From: an uncultured Clostridia bacterium
GTDB lineage: Bacteria > Bacillota > Clostridia > TANB77 > CAG-465
NCBI GenBank assembly: GCA_934132895.1
Contig: CAKPAG010000007.1
Coordinates: 23-64,022, forward strand
Length of the DNA: 64,000 bases
Direction: 5' to 3'
Shown here: one piece after another, positions 12,440 to 23,577 of the stretch
How the letters are laid out: the number at the start of each line of letters is the position of its first letter
Position numbering within the stretch: the first letter of the stretch is position 1
Program-made: the position numbers and the translations under genes
Notes under the pieces: model-generated
The model's input: only the letters and a program-made list of their open reading frames with translations
What the model was told of the DNA's origin: nothing
Database searches by the model: none

Positions 12440-14524
12440 ATGGCAGGAAGAGAATATCCTCTTGAGAGGACTAGAAATATCGGTATCATGGCTCACATAG
12501 ATGCTGGTAAAACAACTACTACCGAAAGAATACTATTTTATACAGGTAAAACTCATAAAATAGGAGAAGTTCATGACGGTGGCGCTACAATGGACTGGAT
12601 GTCTCAAGAACAAGAAAGAGGTATAACAATAACTTCAGCTGCAACTACATGTTTCTGGAAAAATAATAGAATTAACATTATTGATACTCCAGGACACGTT
12701 GACTTTACAATTGAAGTTGAAAGATCTCTAAGAGTTCTAGACGGATCTGTTACAGTTCTTTGTGCAAAAGGTGGGGTTCAACCTCAATCTGAAACAGTTT
12801 GGAGACAAGCAAATAAATATAATGTACCAAGAATGGTATATGTTAATAAAATGGATATTACAGGTGCTGATTTCTTTAATTGTGTAAAACAATTAAGAGA
12901 AAGATTACAAGCAAATGCAGTTCCAATTGCTCTTCCAATAGGTAAAGAAGATACATTTAAAGGTATCGTTGATTTACTTAAAATGAAAGCGTTTGTTCAT
13001 TATGATGATCTTGGAAAAGATGTTAGAGAAGAAGAAATTCCAGAAGATATGAAAGAACTTGCTGAAAAGTATAGAACTGATCTTATGGAACATATAGCAG
13101 AACAAGATGATGCATTAATGGAAAAATATCTTGGTGGAGAAGAATTAACTATAGAAGAAATGAAAGCTGCTATAAGAAAATCTACTATTGCAGGTACTAT
13201 GGTTCCTGTAACTTGTGGAAGTTCATATAAAAACAAAGGTGTTCAAGAATTACTTGATAACATTGTTGATTATATGCCAGCTCCAACAGATATACCACAT
13301 ATTAAAGGTGTTCTAGAAGATGGAACAGAAGAAGAAAGAATATCTGCAGATGATCAACCATTCGCAGCATTAGCTTTCAAAATAATGACTGATCCATATG
13401 TTGGTAAACTTACTTTCTTTAGAGTTTACTCAGGTACACTAGAAAGTGGTTCATATGTTTTAAATGCAAATAAAGGTAAAAAAGAAAGAATCGGAAGATT
13501 AATTCAAATGCATGCTAATAACAGACAAGATATAGATAAAGTTTATGCTGGAGATATAGCTTGTGCTGTTGGTTTAAAAGACGTTGTAACTGGAGATACA
13601 ATTTGTGATGAAAGTGCACCAATAATACTTGAATCAATCGAATTCCCAGAACCAGTTATAGATATATCTATCGAACCAAAAACTAAAGCAGACCAAGAAA
13701 AAATGGCTATTGCTTTACAAAAATTAGCTGAAGAAGATCCATCATTTAAAACATATACAAACCAAGAAACTGGTCAAACTATCATCGCTGGTATGGGTGA
13801 ATTACACTTAGACATTATCGTTGATAGAATGAAAAGAGAATTTAAAGTTGAAGCAAATGTTGGTAAACCACAAGTTGCTTATAAAGAAACAATTAAAAAA
13901 CCAGTTAGAGTAGAAGGTAAATTCATAAGACAATCTGGTGGTAGAGGTCAATATGGTCATGTATGGCTTGAAGTTGAACCTAATGAAGCTGGAAAAGGTT
14001 ACGAATTTGAATCTAGAATCGTTGGTGGTGTTGTTCCTAAAGAATACGTTAAACCAACTGATGAAGGTGTTCAAGATGCAATGAAAGCTGGTATACTTGC
14101 TGGATATCCAGTAGTAGACGTTAAAGTTGCTCTTGTTGATGGTTCTTACCACGATGTTGACTCATCTGAAATGGCGTTCCATGTTGCAGGTTCTATGGCA
14201 TTTAAAGAAGCTTGTAGACAAGGTGGAGCAGTTCTACTTGAACCAATAATGAAAGTAGATATAACAGTTCCAGAAGAATACATGGGAGATGTTATTGGAG
14301 ATGTTAACTCAAGACGTGGTAGAATGGAAGGTATGGATACAGTACAAGGTACTACAACTATACATTCATTTATTCCACTTTCTGAAATGTTTGGATATGC
14401 AACAGATTTAAGATCTAAAACACAAGGAAGAGGAGTTTACGCTATGGAACCTTCACACTATGAAGAAGTTCCTAAATCAGTTCTTGAAACAATAGTTTCT
14501 CAAAGAGCTAAAAAAGAAGATTAA
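12440..14524 (+). CDS. fusA: elongation factor G
   Basis: 694 aa with [19 protein letters not shown]-domain and EF-G domains II-V. Confidence 0.98.
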   Translation: MAGREYPLERTRNIGIMAHIDAGKTTTTERILFYTGKTHKIGEVHDGGATMDWMSQEQERGITITSAATTCFWKNNRINIIDTPGHVDFTIEVERSLRVLDGSVTVLCAKGGVQPQSETVWRQANKYNVPRMVYVNKMDITGADFFNCVKQLRERLQANAVPIALPIGKEDTFKGIVDLLKMKAFVHYDDLGKDVREEEIPEDMKELAEKYRTDLMEHIAEQDDALMEKYLGGEELTIEEMKAAIRKSTIAGTMVPVTCGSSYKNKGVQELLDNIVDYMPAPTDIPHIKGVLEDGTEEERISADDQPFAALAFKIMTDPYVGKLTFFRVYSGTLESGSYVLNANKGKKERIGRLIQMHANNRQDIDKVYAGDIACAVGLKDVVTGDTICDESAPIILESIEFPEPVIDISIEPKTKADQEKMAIALQKLAEEDPSFKTYTNQETGQTIIAGMGELHLDIIVDRMKREFKVEANVGKPQVAYKETIKKPVRVEGKFIRQSGGRGQYGHVWLEVEPNEAGKGYEFESRIVGGVVPKEYVKPTDEGVQDAMKAGILAGYPVVDVKVALVDGSYHDVDSSEMAFHVAGSMAFKEACRQGGAVLLEPIMKVDITVPEEYMGDVIGDVNSRRGRMEGMDTVQGTTTIHSFIPLSEMFGYATDLRSKTQGRGVYAMEPSHYEEVPKSVLETIVSQRAKKED

Positions 14525-14641
14525 TATTTACAAAAAATGTAAATTTAAGGTAAATATATTGCAAAACTTTATGTTTTGTAGTAAAATATATTACAAATAA
14601 TGCTTTAAAAGCATTTAGATGATTAAAGGGAGGAAATAAAA

Positions 14642-15844
14642 ATGGCAAAAGCTAAGTTTGAAAGAAACAAACCACACGCTAATATTGGTACTATTGGTCA
14701 CGTTGACCATGGTAAAACAACTTTAACAGCTGCAATAACTAAATACTGTAGCTTAACTGGTGGAGCAGAATTCAAAGCATACGATCAAATCGATGGTGCT
14801 CCAGAAGAAAGACAAAGAGGTATCACTATCTCTACTGCTCACGTTGAATATGAAACAGCTAACAGACACTATGCTCACGTTGACTGCCCAGGACATGCTG
14901 ACTATGTTAAAAACATGATCACAGGTGCTGCACAAATGGATGGAGCTATCCTTGTTGTTTCTGCTGCTGATGGTCCAATGCCACAAACAAGAGAACACAT
15001 TCTTCTTGCTAGCCAAGTTGGTGTTAAATACATTGTTGTATTTATGAACAAATGTGACATGGTTGACGATCCAGAATTATTAGAATTAGTAGAAATGGAT
15101 ATAAGAGATCTATTAAACAAATATGATTTCCCTGGAGATACAACTCCAATTATCAAAGGTTCTGCACTTAAAGTATTAGAATCAACTTCAACAGATCCTA
15201 ATGCTCCAGAATATGCTTGTATCAAAGAATTATTAGATACAATCGATTCATATATCCCAACTCCAGAAAGAGATACAGATAAACCTTTCTTAATGCCAGT
15301 TGAAGATGTATTCACTATCACAGGTAGAGGTACAGTTGCAACAGGAAGAATTGAAAGAGGAACTCTAAAAGTTGGTGAAGAAGTTGAAATCGTTGGTCTT
15401 TCTGACGAAAAGAAGAAAACAGTAGTAACTGGTATCGAAATGTTCAGAAAATCACTAGAATCAGCTGAAGCTGGTGATAATGCAGGTCTTCTATTAAGAG
15501 GAATTCAAAGAACTGAAATCGAAAGAGGTCAAGTTATCTCTAAACCAGGTTCAATTCACCCACATACTGAATTTGAAGCTGAAGTATATATCCTAACTAA
15601 AGAAGAAGGTGGAAGACATACTCCATTCTTCCAAGGATATAGACCACAATTCTATTTCAGAACTACAGACGTTACAGGTGTAATCGAATTACCAAAAGAA
15701 AAAGAAATGGTAATGCCAGGTGATAACGTAACTATGAAAATAAAACTTATCACTCCAATAGCAATTGAAAAAGGATTAAAATTCGCTATTCGTGAAGGTG
15801 GTAGAACAGTAGGAGCAGGTTCTGTTTCTAACATAATTGAATAA
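14642..15844 (+). CDS. tuf: elongation factor Tu
   Basis: 400 aa with [15 protein letters not shown] and [26 protein letters not shown] motifs. Confidence 0.98.
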   Translation: MAKAKFERNKPHANIGTIGHVDHGKTTLTAAITKYCSLTGGAEFKAYDQIDGAPEERQRGITISTAHVEYETANRHYAHVDCPGHADYVKNMITGAAQMDGAILVVSAADGPMPQTREHILLASQVGVKYIVVFMNKCDMVDDPELLELVEMDIRDLLNKYDFPGDTTPIIKGSALKVLESTSTDPNAPEYACIKELLDTIDSYIPTPERDTDKPFLMPVEDVFTITGRGTVATGRIERGTLKVGEEVEIVGLSDEKKKTVVTGIEMFRKSLESAEAGDNAGLLLRGIQRTEIERGQVISKPGSIHPHTEFEAEVYILTKEEGGRHTPFFQGYRPQFYFRTTDVTGVIELPKEKEMVMPGDNVTMKIKLITPIAIEKGLKFAIREGGRTVGAGSVSNIIE

Positions 15845-15869
15845 TATATACTAACTATATAGTATATTC

Positions 15870-15954
15870 TAAACAGGTGTTAATTAAATTAGCACCTGTT
15901 TTTTAAAACTAAATTATGTAACTTTGTTATAACGAAAATACTGTTAAAATATTG
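15870..15954 (+). repeat. 85-bp module (terminator hairpin plus about 50 bp downstream), copy A of a direct repeat
   Basis: About 80% identical over its full length to 16502..16587. Confidence 0.7.
15871..15906 (+). terminator. rho-independent terminator after tuf
   Basis: acaggtg...cacctgt hairpin plus T6. Confidence 0.7.
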
Positions 15955-16028
15955 TAAGCAAAAATTAGTTATAGTATAATAGTAGTATAAAAAGTATATC
16001 ATTTAACATAAGTTTAGGAGGAGTTAAA

Positions 16029-16505
16029 ATGAGTAAAATTATAAGTATTAAGAATGATGTTATAAAAATTGGAACTGATGATGGTGGCATAAAAGAAGTT
16101 AGAAAAGAAGATATAAGCTTTGAACCTAAAATTGGGGATATAGTTGAAGTATTTGAAGATGAAACTAGTTGTATAGTAACAAAGAAAGAAGAAGAGAAAA
16201 AAATAGATAATTTAAATCAATCTTCAGGAATTAACATTAATATAAATAATTCAAATAGTAATGTATCAACCCAAGACAAAAATTCGAAGACAAATGGTAA
16301 AAAAGTTGTAAACAAAGTAGTTTATTTATTATTAGCATTCTTCTTGGGAGGAATTGGTGGTCATAAGTTTTACTCTGGAAAAATAGGAGAGGGGGTAGTG
16401 TATTTATTATTCTGTTGGACATACATACCAGTTATCGTTGCATTTATTGAGTTTATAATAGCAGCATGTCAAAAAGCAGATGAAAACGGAAATATATTAG
16501 TGTAA
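16029..16505 (+). CDS. TM2 domain-containing membrane protein
   Basis: C-terminal LLAFFLGGIGGHKFYSGKIGEGVVYLLF matches the TM2 domain signature; the N-terminus is a soluble low-complexity region. Confidence 0.65.
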   Translation: MSKIISIKNDVIKIGTDDGGIKEVRKEDISFEPKIGDIVEVFEDETSCIVTKKEEEKKIDNLNQSSGINININNSNSNVSTQDKNSKTNGKKVVNKVVYLLLAFFLGGIGGHKFYSGKIGEGVVYLLFCWTYIPVIVAFIEFIIAACQKADENGNILV

Positions 16506-16587
16506 ACAGGTGTTAATCAAAATATCACCTGTTTTTTAAAGCAAAAATTATGTAACTTTGTTATAATGTTATTATCTTTAAAATATT
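16502..16587 (+). repeat. 86-bp terminator module, copy B of the direct repeat
   Basis: acaggtg...cacctgttttttaaa hairpin plus ttatgtaactttgttataa...aaaatattg tail, near-identical to copy A. Also acts as the terminator of the TM2 gene. Confidence 0.7.
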
Positions 16588-16632
16588 GATATATTTTTTG
16601 CACAATTATATAATTGTTGTGTAGGTGATATA

Positions 16633-17577
16633 ATGAAAATTGAAAACAAAATCAAAACTGGAATTTCCTTAATTGTTCTAATTATTTCTATTGTAATTAT
16701 AGTAATTTTATCTGTGGCAGCTCTTTTAACTATAAGTAAAACAGATATAATTCCAAATGCTAAAAAAGCATCCACATCATATTCTAAAGAATCAATCAAG
16801 GAAAAAATAATCGTAGATCTTTTGACAAAAGGAATAGAAAAAAATAGAAATCTAAGTTATGATGAAATTAAAGAGGCCTTGCAAGAGTATGGAGAATTAA
16901 CATACGAAGATGGTAACGAAAAAATTATACGAGGGGTATTTGTTAAAGAAATTAATTCTGAAATATTACTTTCAGATTTAGATAATAAATATTCATTGCC
17001 ATATATTGAAGATTTTGAATATAACTTTGATATTACTTTAGCAGCAACACAAGCTCAAAAAGAAGAGGCTAAAGTGGATGATTTGACAAGTGAATATAGT
17101 ATTTTAAATGTAGGTTATACTAGAACTGGAACTGATGTTGCCTGGTTTACAGACAGTGTAACATTAAAGGATTTAAAATTAACATATTATAATATTGATG
17201 TAGAAAAGAAAAAAAGTAGCATTAATTACAGAAAAGTAATACAATCAGGAAATTTAAAAATAGAATTAGATGGAAACATAAAAGAATGGAAAGAAGAAAA
17301 TTTAAAATGGAATAAAGTGATATCAAAAGAAGTAATAATAAAAAATACTGGGACTTTATATTCAAAGTTTACGCTTTGCATTAATGGTGAAAATAATAAT
17401 ATAAATAATAATGTACAAAAGTATTTAAAAATCAGGATTAAAGATAAAAATGGAACTGTTATTAAGGAATATACTCCAAAAGAAGCTTTTAGTGGACAAG
17501 CACTAATAAGCGGAGAACTAGAAAAAGGAGAAGAACAGAAATATATTTTAGAATTTGAGATGCATTATGATATATAA
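16633..17577 (+). CDS. hypothetical membrane-anchored/secreted protein
   Basis: N-terminal hydrophobic anchor LIVLIISIVIIVILSVAALL and no recognisable catalytic motif. Confidence 0.45.
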   Translation: MKIENKIKTGISLIVLIISIVIIVILSVAALLTISKTDIIPNAKKASTSYSKESIKEKIIVDLLTKGIEKNRNLSYDEIKEALQEYGELTYEDGNEKIIRGVFVKEINSEILLSDLDNKYSLPYIEDFEYNFDITLAATQAQKEEAKVDDLTSEYSILNVGYTRTGTDVAWFTDSVTLKDLKLTYYNIDVEKKKSSINYRKVIQSGNLKIELDGNIKEWKEENLKWNKVISKEVIIKNTGTLYSKFTLCINGENNNINNNVQKYLKIRIKDKNGTVIKEYTPKEAFSGQALISGELEKGEEQKYILEFEMHYDI

Positions 17578-17603
17578 TGAATGTATGTTAAGAAAAAGTA
17601 TAC

Positions 17604-17631
17604 CCCACACTAGAATTTTCTAGTGTGGGGG
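17604..17631. terminator. bidirectional terminator hairpin between convergent genes
   Basis: ccccacactagaattttctagtgtgggg perfect palindrome. Confidence 0.6.
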
Positions 17632-17637
17632 GTAAGT

Positions 17638-19227
17638 TTAATCGTCAATATTCCATCCTGTTGAATAGTCATTATCGGAAATGTCTGAGTTGCCGCTATT
17701 GATCTCTTCAACTTTATCTTCCGTGGAATTATCAATTTTAGATTCCGTTTCATGATTTGAAGAACCGTTAGTTTGAGATGTTTTAGTATCAGATTCAGTA
17801 TTGATCTTTCCTCCAAGGAAACCTGAGAGTAAGGCTTGAGGATCAATACCGGTTGCGGTTTTTATTGATTCCATTATTTGCGATGTGGTATTTACAACGT
17901 CTTTTACCATTTTAGTTGAATTACCTTCGCCATACATAACGATTGAATCTACATTTTGCAACGGCTTAGCAACAGCTTCAGCGATTTGAGGATATGCTGT
18001 ACAAATCATTTCAATAATTGAAGCTTCTCCCATTTTTCTCATTGCTTCAGCCTTTTTATCTATACCTTCAGCCTCAGCTATAGCTTTAGCTCTAATAGCA
18101 GCTGCTTCAGCTTCACCAACTAATCTTATACCTTCAGCTTCCTGTTCTGAAGCATATTTTTTAGCCTCTGCAGTTTTCCTTAAAGCTTCTGCACTTTGTT
18201 CCTCTTCATAACGTCTAGCTTCTGCATCTTTTTGACGTTGATAAAGTTCAACTTGGGCTTTTTGCTCTGCAGCATACCTTTCAGCGTCAGCTTTCTTTTT
18301 TATAGATGCAGCAAGTTCTTGTTCTTTAACTTGAGCTTCTTTTTGCTTTAATTCAACTTCGCGTTCCTGTTTAGCAATATCAGCATTAGCAGCAGTCACT
18401 TCAATTGATTTTCTCTGTTCTTGCTTTTGAATTTCATATGCAGCATCTGCTTCAGCTTGTTTGATATCAGATTGCTTTTTAAGCTCAGCTTTTTTAATCG
18501 CCAGTTCGTTATTTCTTTCTGCAATTTCCGTTTCGGCTTTAACTTGAGCTTCATTAGCCGCTTGTTTGGTTTCTGCTTGAGCAATCGCTACCTCTTTATC
18601 TGCTTGTGCTTTAGCAACAGAGGCATCTTTTTGTATTTGAGACATATTGTCTTGACCCAAGGCATTGATTAGTTGATTCTCATCTTCAACTCTTTGAATA
18701 TTACATGATATAATTTCAATACCAAGTGCATTCATATCTTTTTGAGCTTTTTCTTGAACTTCATCACCAAATCTTTTTCGATCATTGCAAATTTCTTTTA
18801 AACTTATTGTACCTATGATTTCGCGCATATTACCCTGAAGAGAATCTGTAAGAGATTGAACTATTTGCTGTTCACTCATATTAAGAAAATTCTTCATAGC
18901 AAGTTGAATGCCTGATTCATCGGTCTTTACGCGTATTTTAGCTACTGCATCCACATCAACACCAATAAAATCTAATGTTGGAATGTAACCATTAGTTTTG
19001 ATGTCAACGCTTATTTGTTTGATTATTAAAGCATCTTTTCTTTCTAAAAAAGGAAATTTAATGCCAGCTTTAGCAATCAATATTTTTGGTCTTTTCCGAA
19101 GACCAGAAATTATCAAAGCCTTGTCTGGTGGAGCCTTAACATATCCTATAGCAAGGATTGCAACTACTGCTATAAGTATTATAGCGATTGGAATAAAAGT
19201 GGTTAAATTACTGAAAATGTTTTGCAT
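17638..19227 (-). CDS. flotillin-like SPFH/band-7 domain protein (FloA/YqiK family)
   Basis: N-terminal TM helix, SPFH core and a long Ala/Glu/Lys/Gln coiled-coil (AEQKAQVELYQRQKDAEARRYEEEQ). Start placed at MQNIFS, which has AAGGAGG 8 nt upstream; the track start at 19272 is too long. Confidence 0.85.
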   Translation of the reverse strand: MQNIFSNLTTFIPIAIILIAVVAILAIGYVKAPPDKALIISGLRKRPKILIAKAGIKFPFLERKDALIIKQISVDIKTNGYIPTLDFIGVDVDAVAKIRVKTDESGIQLAMKNFLNMSEQQIVQSLTDSLQGNMREIIGTISLKEICNDRKRFGDEVQEKAQKDMNALGIEIISCNIQRVEDENQLINALGQDNMSQIQKDASVAKAQADKEVAIAQAETKQAANEAQVKAETEIAERNNELAIKKAELKKQSDIKQAEADAAYEIQKQEQRKSIEVTAANADIAKQEREVELKQKEAQVKEQELAASIKKKADAERYAAEQKAQVELYQRQKDAEARRYEEEQSAEALRKTAEAKKYASEQEAEGIRLVGEAEAAAIRAKAIAEAEGIDKKAEAMRKMGEASIIEMICTAYPQIAEAVAKPLQNVDSIVMYGEGNSTKMVKDVVNTTSQIMESIKTATGIDPQALLSGFLGGKINTESDTKTSQTNGSSNHETESKIDNSTEDKVEEINSGNSDISDNDYSTGWNIDD

Positions 19228-19492
19228 TATACAAAACCTCCTTAAAATTAATATATAATAGTGCAAAAGCACGTATTAACAAAGCATATAATAGTTAGTT
19301 TATGCGTTAAGTTAAAATGTGAGTATATTATATCAAAATTATGTATACTTGTCAATTGAGTTTAGATAAAATAGTCAGTGGAGCCAAAAAATATATATAT
19401 AAATAAAAGAAAAGCAATATACTATTTATAGCATGGAATTTTAAATTCTAACTTACTTTTAGTAAAATTTTTAAAAAAATTAGTAATACTCT

Positions 19493-19520
19493 TGACAATG
19501 GCACGTAAATATTAGATAAT
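19493..19520 (+). promoter_or_regulatory. sigma-A promoter for acpP: TTGACA, 16 nt, GATAAT
   Basis: Consensus -35 TTGACA and a near-consensus -10. Confidence 0.45.
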
Positions 19521-19549
19521 AGAGTTAGTTAATATCAAGGAGGTGCAAT

Positions 19550-19786
19550 ATGGAGGCAATTTTAGAGAGAGTTAAAGATGTAATAGGTGAACAATTAGGG
19601 ATAGAAGATTTAGATACAATTACTATGGAAACAACATTTATAGATGATTTAGGTGCAGATTCTTTAGATATAGTTGAGCTTATAATGGCATTAGAGGAAG
19701 AATTTGATATAGAAATACCTGAAGCTGAAGCAGAGAAAATAACATCTGTAGGTGATGTAGTAGAATATATTGATAAAAATAACTAA
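19550..19786 (+). CDS. acpP: acyl carrier protein
   Basis: 78 aa with the DLGADSLD phosphopantetheine attachment motif. Confidence 0.95.
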   Translation: MEAILERVKDVIGEQLGIEDLDTITMETTFIDDLGADSLDIVELIMALEEEFDIEIPEAEAEKITSVGDVVEYIDKNN

Positions 19787-19885
19787 TAACTAGTTATCAA
19801 AAATGGTTAGCTTTTTTGTAAGCTAGCTATTTTTTTCTATTTACTTACTTGAAAACTAGTACATATTTGTATATAATATATATAG

Positions 19886-20608
19886 GTGAAAACAATGGAA
19901 AGAAAACAAAATGAACATAACAATTTGCTTTTGTTTGAAGCAAAGCTTAAATATAAATTTAAGGATATATCACTTTTAAAACTTGCCCTTACTCATAAAT
20001 CATATGCGTATGAAGAAGGACATGAAAATGGCGATTCATATAACGAGAGAATAGAATATTTGGGAGATGCAATCTTAGAACATATAATATCAGACTTGTT
20101 GTACAACCATACCCCTATAATATCAGAAGGAGATATGACTAAAAAAAGAGCAGATATTGTATGTGAAGCTTCTCTTTCACAGGCTATGAGAAGATTAAAA
20201 GCAGAAGAATACTTGTACCTTGGAAAATGTGAAAAAGCTACTAATGGGAAGAAAAAGGACGCTATAATTGCAGATGCTTTTGAAGCAGTACTTGGAGCAA
20301 TATATATTGATGGAGGCTATGATATAGCAAGAAAAACCTGCTTAAGATTACTAGATAAGGAGATTAATACAGTACTTAATGGAGGAAGTTTAAATACAGA
20401 TTACAAAACAAAATTACAAGAAATATTACAAAGAAATGGTAATGTAGATATAAAATATGTAACAGTAAAAGAAGAAGGACCAGAGCATGACAAGAAGTTT
20501 ACTGTTGATTTGTATTTTAATTCTGAAAAAATAGGTGAAGGTAAAGGAAAAAATAAAAAGCAAGCAGAACAAATGGCAGCTAAAGAGGCAATAAAAAAAT
20601 ATGAATAA
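19886..20608 (+). CDS. rnc: ribonuclease III
   Basis: ERIEYLGDAILEHIISDLLY catalytic motif and a C-terminal dsRBD. Confidence 0.93.
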   Translation: MKTMERKQNEHNNLLLFEAKLKYKFKDISLLKLALTHKSYAYEEGHENGDSYNERIEYLGDAILEHIISDLLYNHTPIISEGDMTKKRADIVCEASLSQAMRRLKAEEYLYLGKCEKATNGKKKDAIIADAFEAVLGAIYIDGGYDIARKTCLRLLDKEINTVLNGGSLNTDYKTKLQEILQRNGNVDIKYVTVKEEGPEHDKKFTVDLYFNSEKIGEGKGKNKKQAEQMAAKEAIKKYE

Positions 20609-21638
20609 AATAATCAACTTAAATTTAGATGAAGAATTAAAGAACTTAAAAAACAAAAAAGAACAATATACTATACCCATATTTATACCACATAAAGGAT
20701 GCAATAACGAGTGTGTTTTTTGTAATCAAAGAAAAATAAGTGGAAGCTTAAAAGAAGTTTTACCAGAGGAAGTGGACGATATCATTTCAAGATACTTAGA
20801 GTATTTTAAAAATAGCAATAAATATATTGAAGTTGCTTTTTTCGGTGGAAGCTTTACAGGAATTGATATTAAATTACAAGAAGAATATTTAGCTGTTGCA
20901 AATAAATATATTATTCAAGGGAAAGTAGACGGTATAAGGCTTTCAACAAGACCCGATTATATATCACCTAGAATACTTAATTTATTAAAAAAATATAATG
21001 TCAAAACAATTGAACTTGGAGTTCAGTCATTAGATGATAATATTCTTAAACTATCAAAAAGAGGACATACTAAACTTGACGTTATAAAAGCATCACGCCT
21101 TGTTAAAATGTATGGATTTAATTTAGGACATCAAATAATGATAGGATTACCAGGAAGTAGTGTTCAAACTGAAATAGCTACTGCAAAAGAAGTAGTAAAA
21201 CTAGCACCAAAAGAATTAAGAATTTACCCTGTATATGTCATATCACCAAGCGAATTGTATGATATGTATTTAAGAGGCGAATATGTTCCATTAGAGTTTA
21301 ATGAAGCAGTAGAAAGGACTTATGAAGTACTTAAAGTAATAAATACTACTGATATAAAAGTAATAAGATTAGGACTTCAATCTACAGATGAAATATGTAG
21401 CAAAAATGAAAATATAGTAGGGCCAGTATGTGATAATTTTGCAGAGTATGTTTTTGCAAGAGCTGTAAGAAATAAGATTGTAGAAACTTTAAATAGTGAA
21501 ATGTTATATCAAGGTATTAACGCTTTAGAAGTTATAGTTCCTAAAAGATACATATCGTTAGTAGTAGGTCCAAAAAAAGTAAACAAAATATATTTTAAAG
21601 AAAATTTTAATATAGATTTAAAAGTAAAAGGAGAATAA
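20601..21638 (+). CDS. radical SAM protein (Elp3/MiaB-like superfamily)
   Basis: CNNECVFCNQ is a CxxxCxxC cluster. Overlaps the end of rnc by 8 nt. Confidence 0.75.
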   Translation: MNKIINLNLDEELKNLKNKKEQYTIPIFIPHKGCNNECVFCNQRKISGSLKEVLPEEVDDIISRYLEYFKNSNKYIEVAFFGGSFTGIDIKLQEEYLAVANKYIIQGKVDGIRLSTRPDYISPRILNLLKKYNVKTIELGVQSLDDNILKLSKRGHTKLDVIKASRLVKMYGFNLGHQIMIGLPGSSVQTEIATAKEVVKLAPKELRIYPVYVISPSELYDMYLRGEYVPLEFNEAVERTYEVLKVINTTDIKVIRLGLQSTDEICSKNENIVGPVCDNFAEYVFARAVRNKIVETLNSEMLYQGINALEVIVPKRYISLVVGPKKVNKIYFKENFNIDLKVKGE

Positions 21639-21642
21639 GATT

Positions 21643-22107
21643 TTGAAAAAAGTAATATTTGTAGCAAGCTCTGGAGGGCATCTTACTGAAATTTTAAAGT
21701 TAGATAAATTGTTTAAAAATTATGATTATTTACTTGTAACAGAAGAAACTGATTTAACTAAAAATTTAGTAGAAAAATATAACACAGAATTTTTAAAATA
21801 TGGGCCAAACAAAAATATATTCAAATATATTGCAGTGCTTTTTTCCAACGTTATAAAATGTATAAAAATAGTAAATAAATTTAGACCTCAAACTGTTGTA
21901 TCAACTGGGGCACAAATTGGTGGAATAATGTGCATGATAGCTAAGCTAAGAGGTGCTAAAATCGTATATATTGAATCTTTAGCAAAGGTAGATTCATTAT
22001 CTGTTACAGCTAGAAATGTATATCCTTTTGCAGATGAATTTTTTGTTCAATGGGAAAACTTAACTAAAAAATATAAAAAAGCAAAGTATTTAGGAAGGTT
22101 GATTTAA
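21643..22107 (+). CDS. Alg14-like glycosyltransferase membrane-anchor subunit (PssD/Cps14F family)
   Basis: VASSGGHLTEIL motif and about 150 aa, as in Alg14 homologues. Confidence 0.7.
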   Translation: MKKVIFVASSGGHLTEILKLDKLFKNYDYLLVTEETDLTKNLVEKYNTEFLKYGPNKNIFKYIAVLFSNVIKCIKIVNKFRPQTVVSTGAQIGGIMCMIAKLRGAKIVYIESLAKVDSLSVTARNVYPFADEFFVQWENLTKKYKKAKYLGRLI

Positions 22108-22569
22108 GTGGTATTTGTAGCAATAGGAACGCAAAAGCAACAATTTACAAGGATCTTTAAAAAAATAGAAGATTCTAAAATATTGGAAAATGAAGAAATA
22201 ATAGCTCAATCGGGTTTTACTAAGTTTGATAGTAAAAAAATAAAAATGCTTGGGTTTATAGAACAGAAAAAATTAAACGAGTATATAAAAGAAGCCGATT
22301 TTGTTATTTGTCATGGTGGAGTTGGAACAATATTTTCAGCCTTAAATATGGGTAAAAAAGTTCTAGTTATGCCAAGACTCAAAAAGTATAAAGAACATAA
22401 AAATGATCATCAAGTAGAAATATGTAGAGAACTTGAAAAAGAAGGATATATATTGTATTTAAAAGAAGATGATGATATAGATGAAAAAATAAAAGAATTA
22501 AAACAAAAAGAATTTAAAGAATATAAAAGTGATGATAGTTATCTTAAAATACTAAAAGAAGTAATTTAA
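22108..22569 (+). CDS. Alg13-like glycosyltransferase catalytic subunit (GT28 C-terminal domain; PssE/Cps14G family)
   Basis: ICHGGVGTI motif. Begins one nucleotide after the stop of the Alg14-like gene, which indicates coupling. Confidence 0.7.
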   Translation: MVFVAIGTQKQQFTRIFKKIEDSKILENEEIIAQSGFTKFDSKKIKMLGFIEQKKLNEYIKEADFVICHGGVGTIFSALNMGKKVLVMPRLKKYKEHKNDHQVEICRELEKEGYILYLKEDDDIDEKIKELKQKEFKEYKSDDSYLKILKEVI

Positions 22570-22629
22570 GTTTAAGAATATTTTTTCGACTCATAATCCA
22601 TAATAACTATAAGGAGAATCTAAAGCTTT

Positions 22630-23553
22630 ATGGATAATATGCTTAATGAAAAAATAAATGAAAAGATAAAAAAAGAGAAAGAAAAAATTAAAGAAAATAA
22701 ATATCTCGAATTCATATTGGATGTTATATATATAGCACTAGGTGCGTTTTTTATAGCTGTTGGAATTAACTTGTTTTTACTTCCACATAAGATGACTACT
22801 GGTGGAGCCAGTGGTATAGCAACAGTAGTGTACTATTTGACTAACATTCCGCTTGGAGTTACAATTTTAGTGGTAAATATTCCACTCTTTGCTATAGCTA
22901 TAACAAAACTTGGATTAAAATTTAGTATCAAAACTATAATTTCTACGGTTCTTCTTTCAGTATTTATAGATGTTTTTGAGTTTAAAGGAATTGTAGATTC
23001 ATTTAATGCAGATTTATTTACTTCATGTCTTTTTGGTGGAATAATAGTAGGAATAGGCCTTTCATTAACGTTTAAGGCCGGCGCAAGCTCTGGTGGCTCA
23101 GACCTTTTAGCACAAATAATATATAACCTAACATCTATTCAAAGTATAAGTCAAATATTGCTTGTTATAGAAATGGTAATAATTTCACTTATTATAATTG
23201 TACTAAAGGACGTAAATGCAGGGCTTTACTCAATAGTAGCAATGTATATTTCAACTAAAATGATAGACGTACTATTTGAAGGAGTATATTATACTAGAGA
23301 AGTTACAATTATATCTAAAAATAGTGAGAATATTATAAATGACATTTTATATGATTTAAAAAGAGGCGCAACCGTTATAAAAGGAATGGGAGCACATTCA
23401 AAAGAACAAGTAGATTTGATCACATGTGTTGTAACTAGATCACAAATTGCAAAATTAAAGAGGATAATAAGAAGAAATGATAAAAAGGCTTTGATATACA
23501 TTACAAATATAAATGAAGCTATAGGTCAAGGCTTTAAAGAAATAAATGGTTGA
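22630..23553 (+). CDS. YitT-family membrane protein (DUF161 plus DUF2179)
   Basis: GGASGIATVVYYLTNIPLG repeats and the C-terminal soluble domain are typical of YitT. TGA stop. Confidence 0.75.
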   Translation: MDNMLNEKINEKIKKEKEKIKENKYLEFILDVIYIALGAFFIAVGINLFLLPHKMTTGGASGIATVVYYLTNIPLGVTILVVNIPLFAIAITKLGLKFSIKTIISTVLLSVFIDVFEFKGIVDSFNADLFTSCLFGGIIVGIGLSLTFKAGASSGGSDLLAQIIYNLTSIQSISQILLVIEMVIISLIIIVLKDVNAGLYSIVAMYISTKMIDVLFEGVYYTREVTIISKNSENIINDILYDLKRGATVIKGMGAHSKEQVDLITCVVTRSQIAKLKRIIRRNDKKALIYITNINEAIGQGFKEING

Positions 23554-23577
23554 TAAAATGAAAATTAGGGGGAGAAA

